Shown here one piece after another: positions 62,841 through 64,000 of a stretch of DNA of 64,000 nucleotides. Under the pieces are notes generated by a model. That model ran no database searches. It was not told the DNA's origin and saw only the letters and a program-made list of their open reading frames with translations. Numbering within the stretch: the first letter of the stretch is position 1; every line of letters starts with the position of its first letter. The stretch lies in the IMG/VR virus record IMGVR_UViG_3300012971_000019, positions 17,050 to 81,049 of that record; one strand, 5' to 3'. Both the position numbers and the translations under genes were made by a program. The DNA is from a virus. Lineage: Duplodnaviria; Caudoviricetes.

Positions 62841-63116
62841 ATGCTGAGAGCCGCGCAAACGCTGCTGCGCATCGCTGCTGCGCTGATTCTCATCGGCCTC
62901 GGCTTGCCCGTCGTCGCCGTGCTCGCGATCGCCATCTCCACGATCTTCGCCGGCCTTGGTCTTGGCATCGGCGCAGTGATCGCCCTGGTGCTCCTGCTCG
63001 CCGGCATCCTCGCCATCGCCAACGCGCTCGATCGCAACTCGCTCGCCGAGCTGACGCGCACCATGCGCCGCGGCAGACCCGATCTGCGCACCGTGCCGAA
63101 AGACCCCGCCGCATGA
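62841..63116 (+). CDS. Two-helix membrane protein
   Basis: Long hydrophobic stretch; start re-called at MLRAAQ. Confidence 0.55.
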   Translation: MLRAAQTLLRIAAALILIGLGLPVVAVLAIAISTIFAGLGLGIGAVIALVLLLAGILAIANALDRNSLAELTRTMRRGRPDLRTVPKDPAA

Positions 63117-63261
63117 CCGAGCCGCCGACGGTGATTCGCCATACCCGCGCCCTCGACGAACTCTTGTGGCGAATTTACGTCTACCTGGTCGATCCGCAGC
63201 CGATCATCACGCCCAAACCGCCTCGCGACAAGCCGCTTCAACCGCTCAAGGAGAACTGACA

Positions 63262-63603
63262 ATGGCCAGCGAATTCACCACCGAACAACTCCTGCCCTTC
63301 ACCTTCGAGGTCGTCGATGGCCGCGGCCGACGCGTGCCGATCGACGGTTCGCCAACGCTCGCGGTGAGCGATGAAACCGTCTGCACCGCTTCGATCGCAC
63401 CCGCTGGCGATGACTCGTGGAACGGGGAACTCACCTCGGTCGCCGAAGGCTCGGCGCGCATGACCATCACCGCCGACGCCGACCTCGGCGCAGGCGTGCA
63501 GGAAATCCTCGCAACGCTCGACGTAACCGTGACCCTCGATCCTCGCACACAACAGCGGATGGCAAACGTGGTGGCAGGCGCTCCCTCAGACAAACCTGCA
63601 TAG
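63262..63603 (+). CDS. Ig-like beta-sandwich protein
   Basis: AAGGAG RBS; VVDGRG..V.IDGSPT..VSDETV...AEGSA..TITADADLG pattern. Confidence 0.55.
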   Translation: MASEFTTEQLLPFTFEVVDGRGRRVPIDGSPTLAVSDETVCTASIAPAGDDSWNGELTSVAEGSARMTITADADLGAGVQEILATLDVTVTLDPRTQQRMANVVAGAPSDKPA

Positions 63604-63625
63604 GCGCGCCACCTCAACCATCCAA

Positions 63626-63644
63626 ATGTAAATAAAATTTACAT
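63626..63644. promoter_or_regulatory. AT-rich perfect inverted repeat (operator-like)
   Basis: ATGTAAAT-AAA-ATTTACAT. Confidence 0.45.
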
Positions 63645-64000
63645 CCTCAACTGCTGCGCTTCGCCCCGGAGTTCCTTGCTCGATCAAAACAGGCCCCCAC
63701 ACAAATGGCCCAGTTCATGTTCGTGCACACCAAGACAACCCCGGTGATCGCACCCGTGCGCATCGTCGCCCCGCGCCTGGCCATCGCCTGCGCCTGGCCC
63801 ACGCGCAAACCCTGGACGCCGTTCCCCTACTACCACCCCATCGCCCGCGGCTTGCCACCCCACCCTCAAACCCTGCGCTGGGACGAGCGCCACAAGGCTG
63901 GCCTCGCTTAGCCGCTGGTGCCTGGATGGGATAGGAACTGGAACTTAAAATAGGATTTGGGTCCTTTCTGGAGGGGGATAGGGAACGGGCACTGCCCGAC

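Noticed and set aside
1-64000. tRNA, rRNA, DGR or retron elements
   Set aside because: No cloverleaf or T-loop motif, reverse transcriptase or template/variable repeat pair was seen.

Overview
GC-rich, apparently near-complete temperate tailed-phage genome. The host is probably an alphaproteobacterium, inferred from GapR-like, RHH, XRE and excisionase types. The window starts inside the terminase large subunit, and no terminase small subunit is visible. Layout: (1) 1-35.4 kb, + strand: lambda-like head genes, a Mu/SfV-like contractile tail and baseplate, and lysis genes; (2) 35.5-53.9 kb, - strand: accessory genes, a probable intact attP, integrase/excisionase, RecT, a YqaJ exonuclease and a CI-like repressor; (3) 54.1-63.9 kb, + strand: Cro-like, GapR-like, RuvC-like, an MT-A70 methylase, intein-containing DnaB, a DUF1376 replication protein and late regulators. 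Two systems stand out. First, a TIGR-Tas-like RNA-guide locus not shown by the ORF track: 26 stem-loop units of form stem-CCA-N9-TGRAAYCCA-like-N9-TG-stem, in three blocks around a nuclease-less Nop/IS110-like (TasA-like) gene and an unknown 213-aa gene. It sits between the exonuclease and recT genes, and 8 more units are dispersed at gene junctions of both early operons, always on the sense strand (34 units in total, counted by eye). Second, a 1780-aa portal fused to cargo domains, followed by three polyvalent effector genes. All four carry a repeated F[DE]ExxHPRxPKG...GGxFT motif in front of ART-like, glycosylase-like, JAB, GNAT, cysteine-dioxygenase-like and RelA/SpoT-like domains. Also notable: two paralogous tape-measure-like genes carrying different peptidoglycan hydrolases. 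All family assignments come from motif recognition by eye, not database searches.
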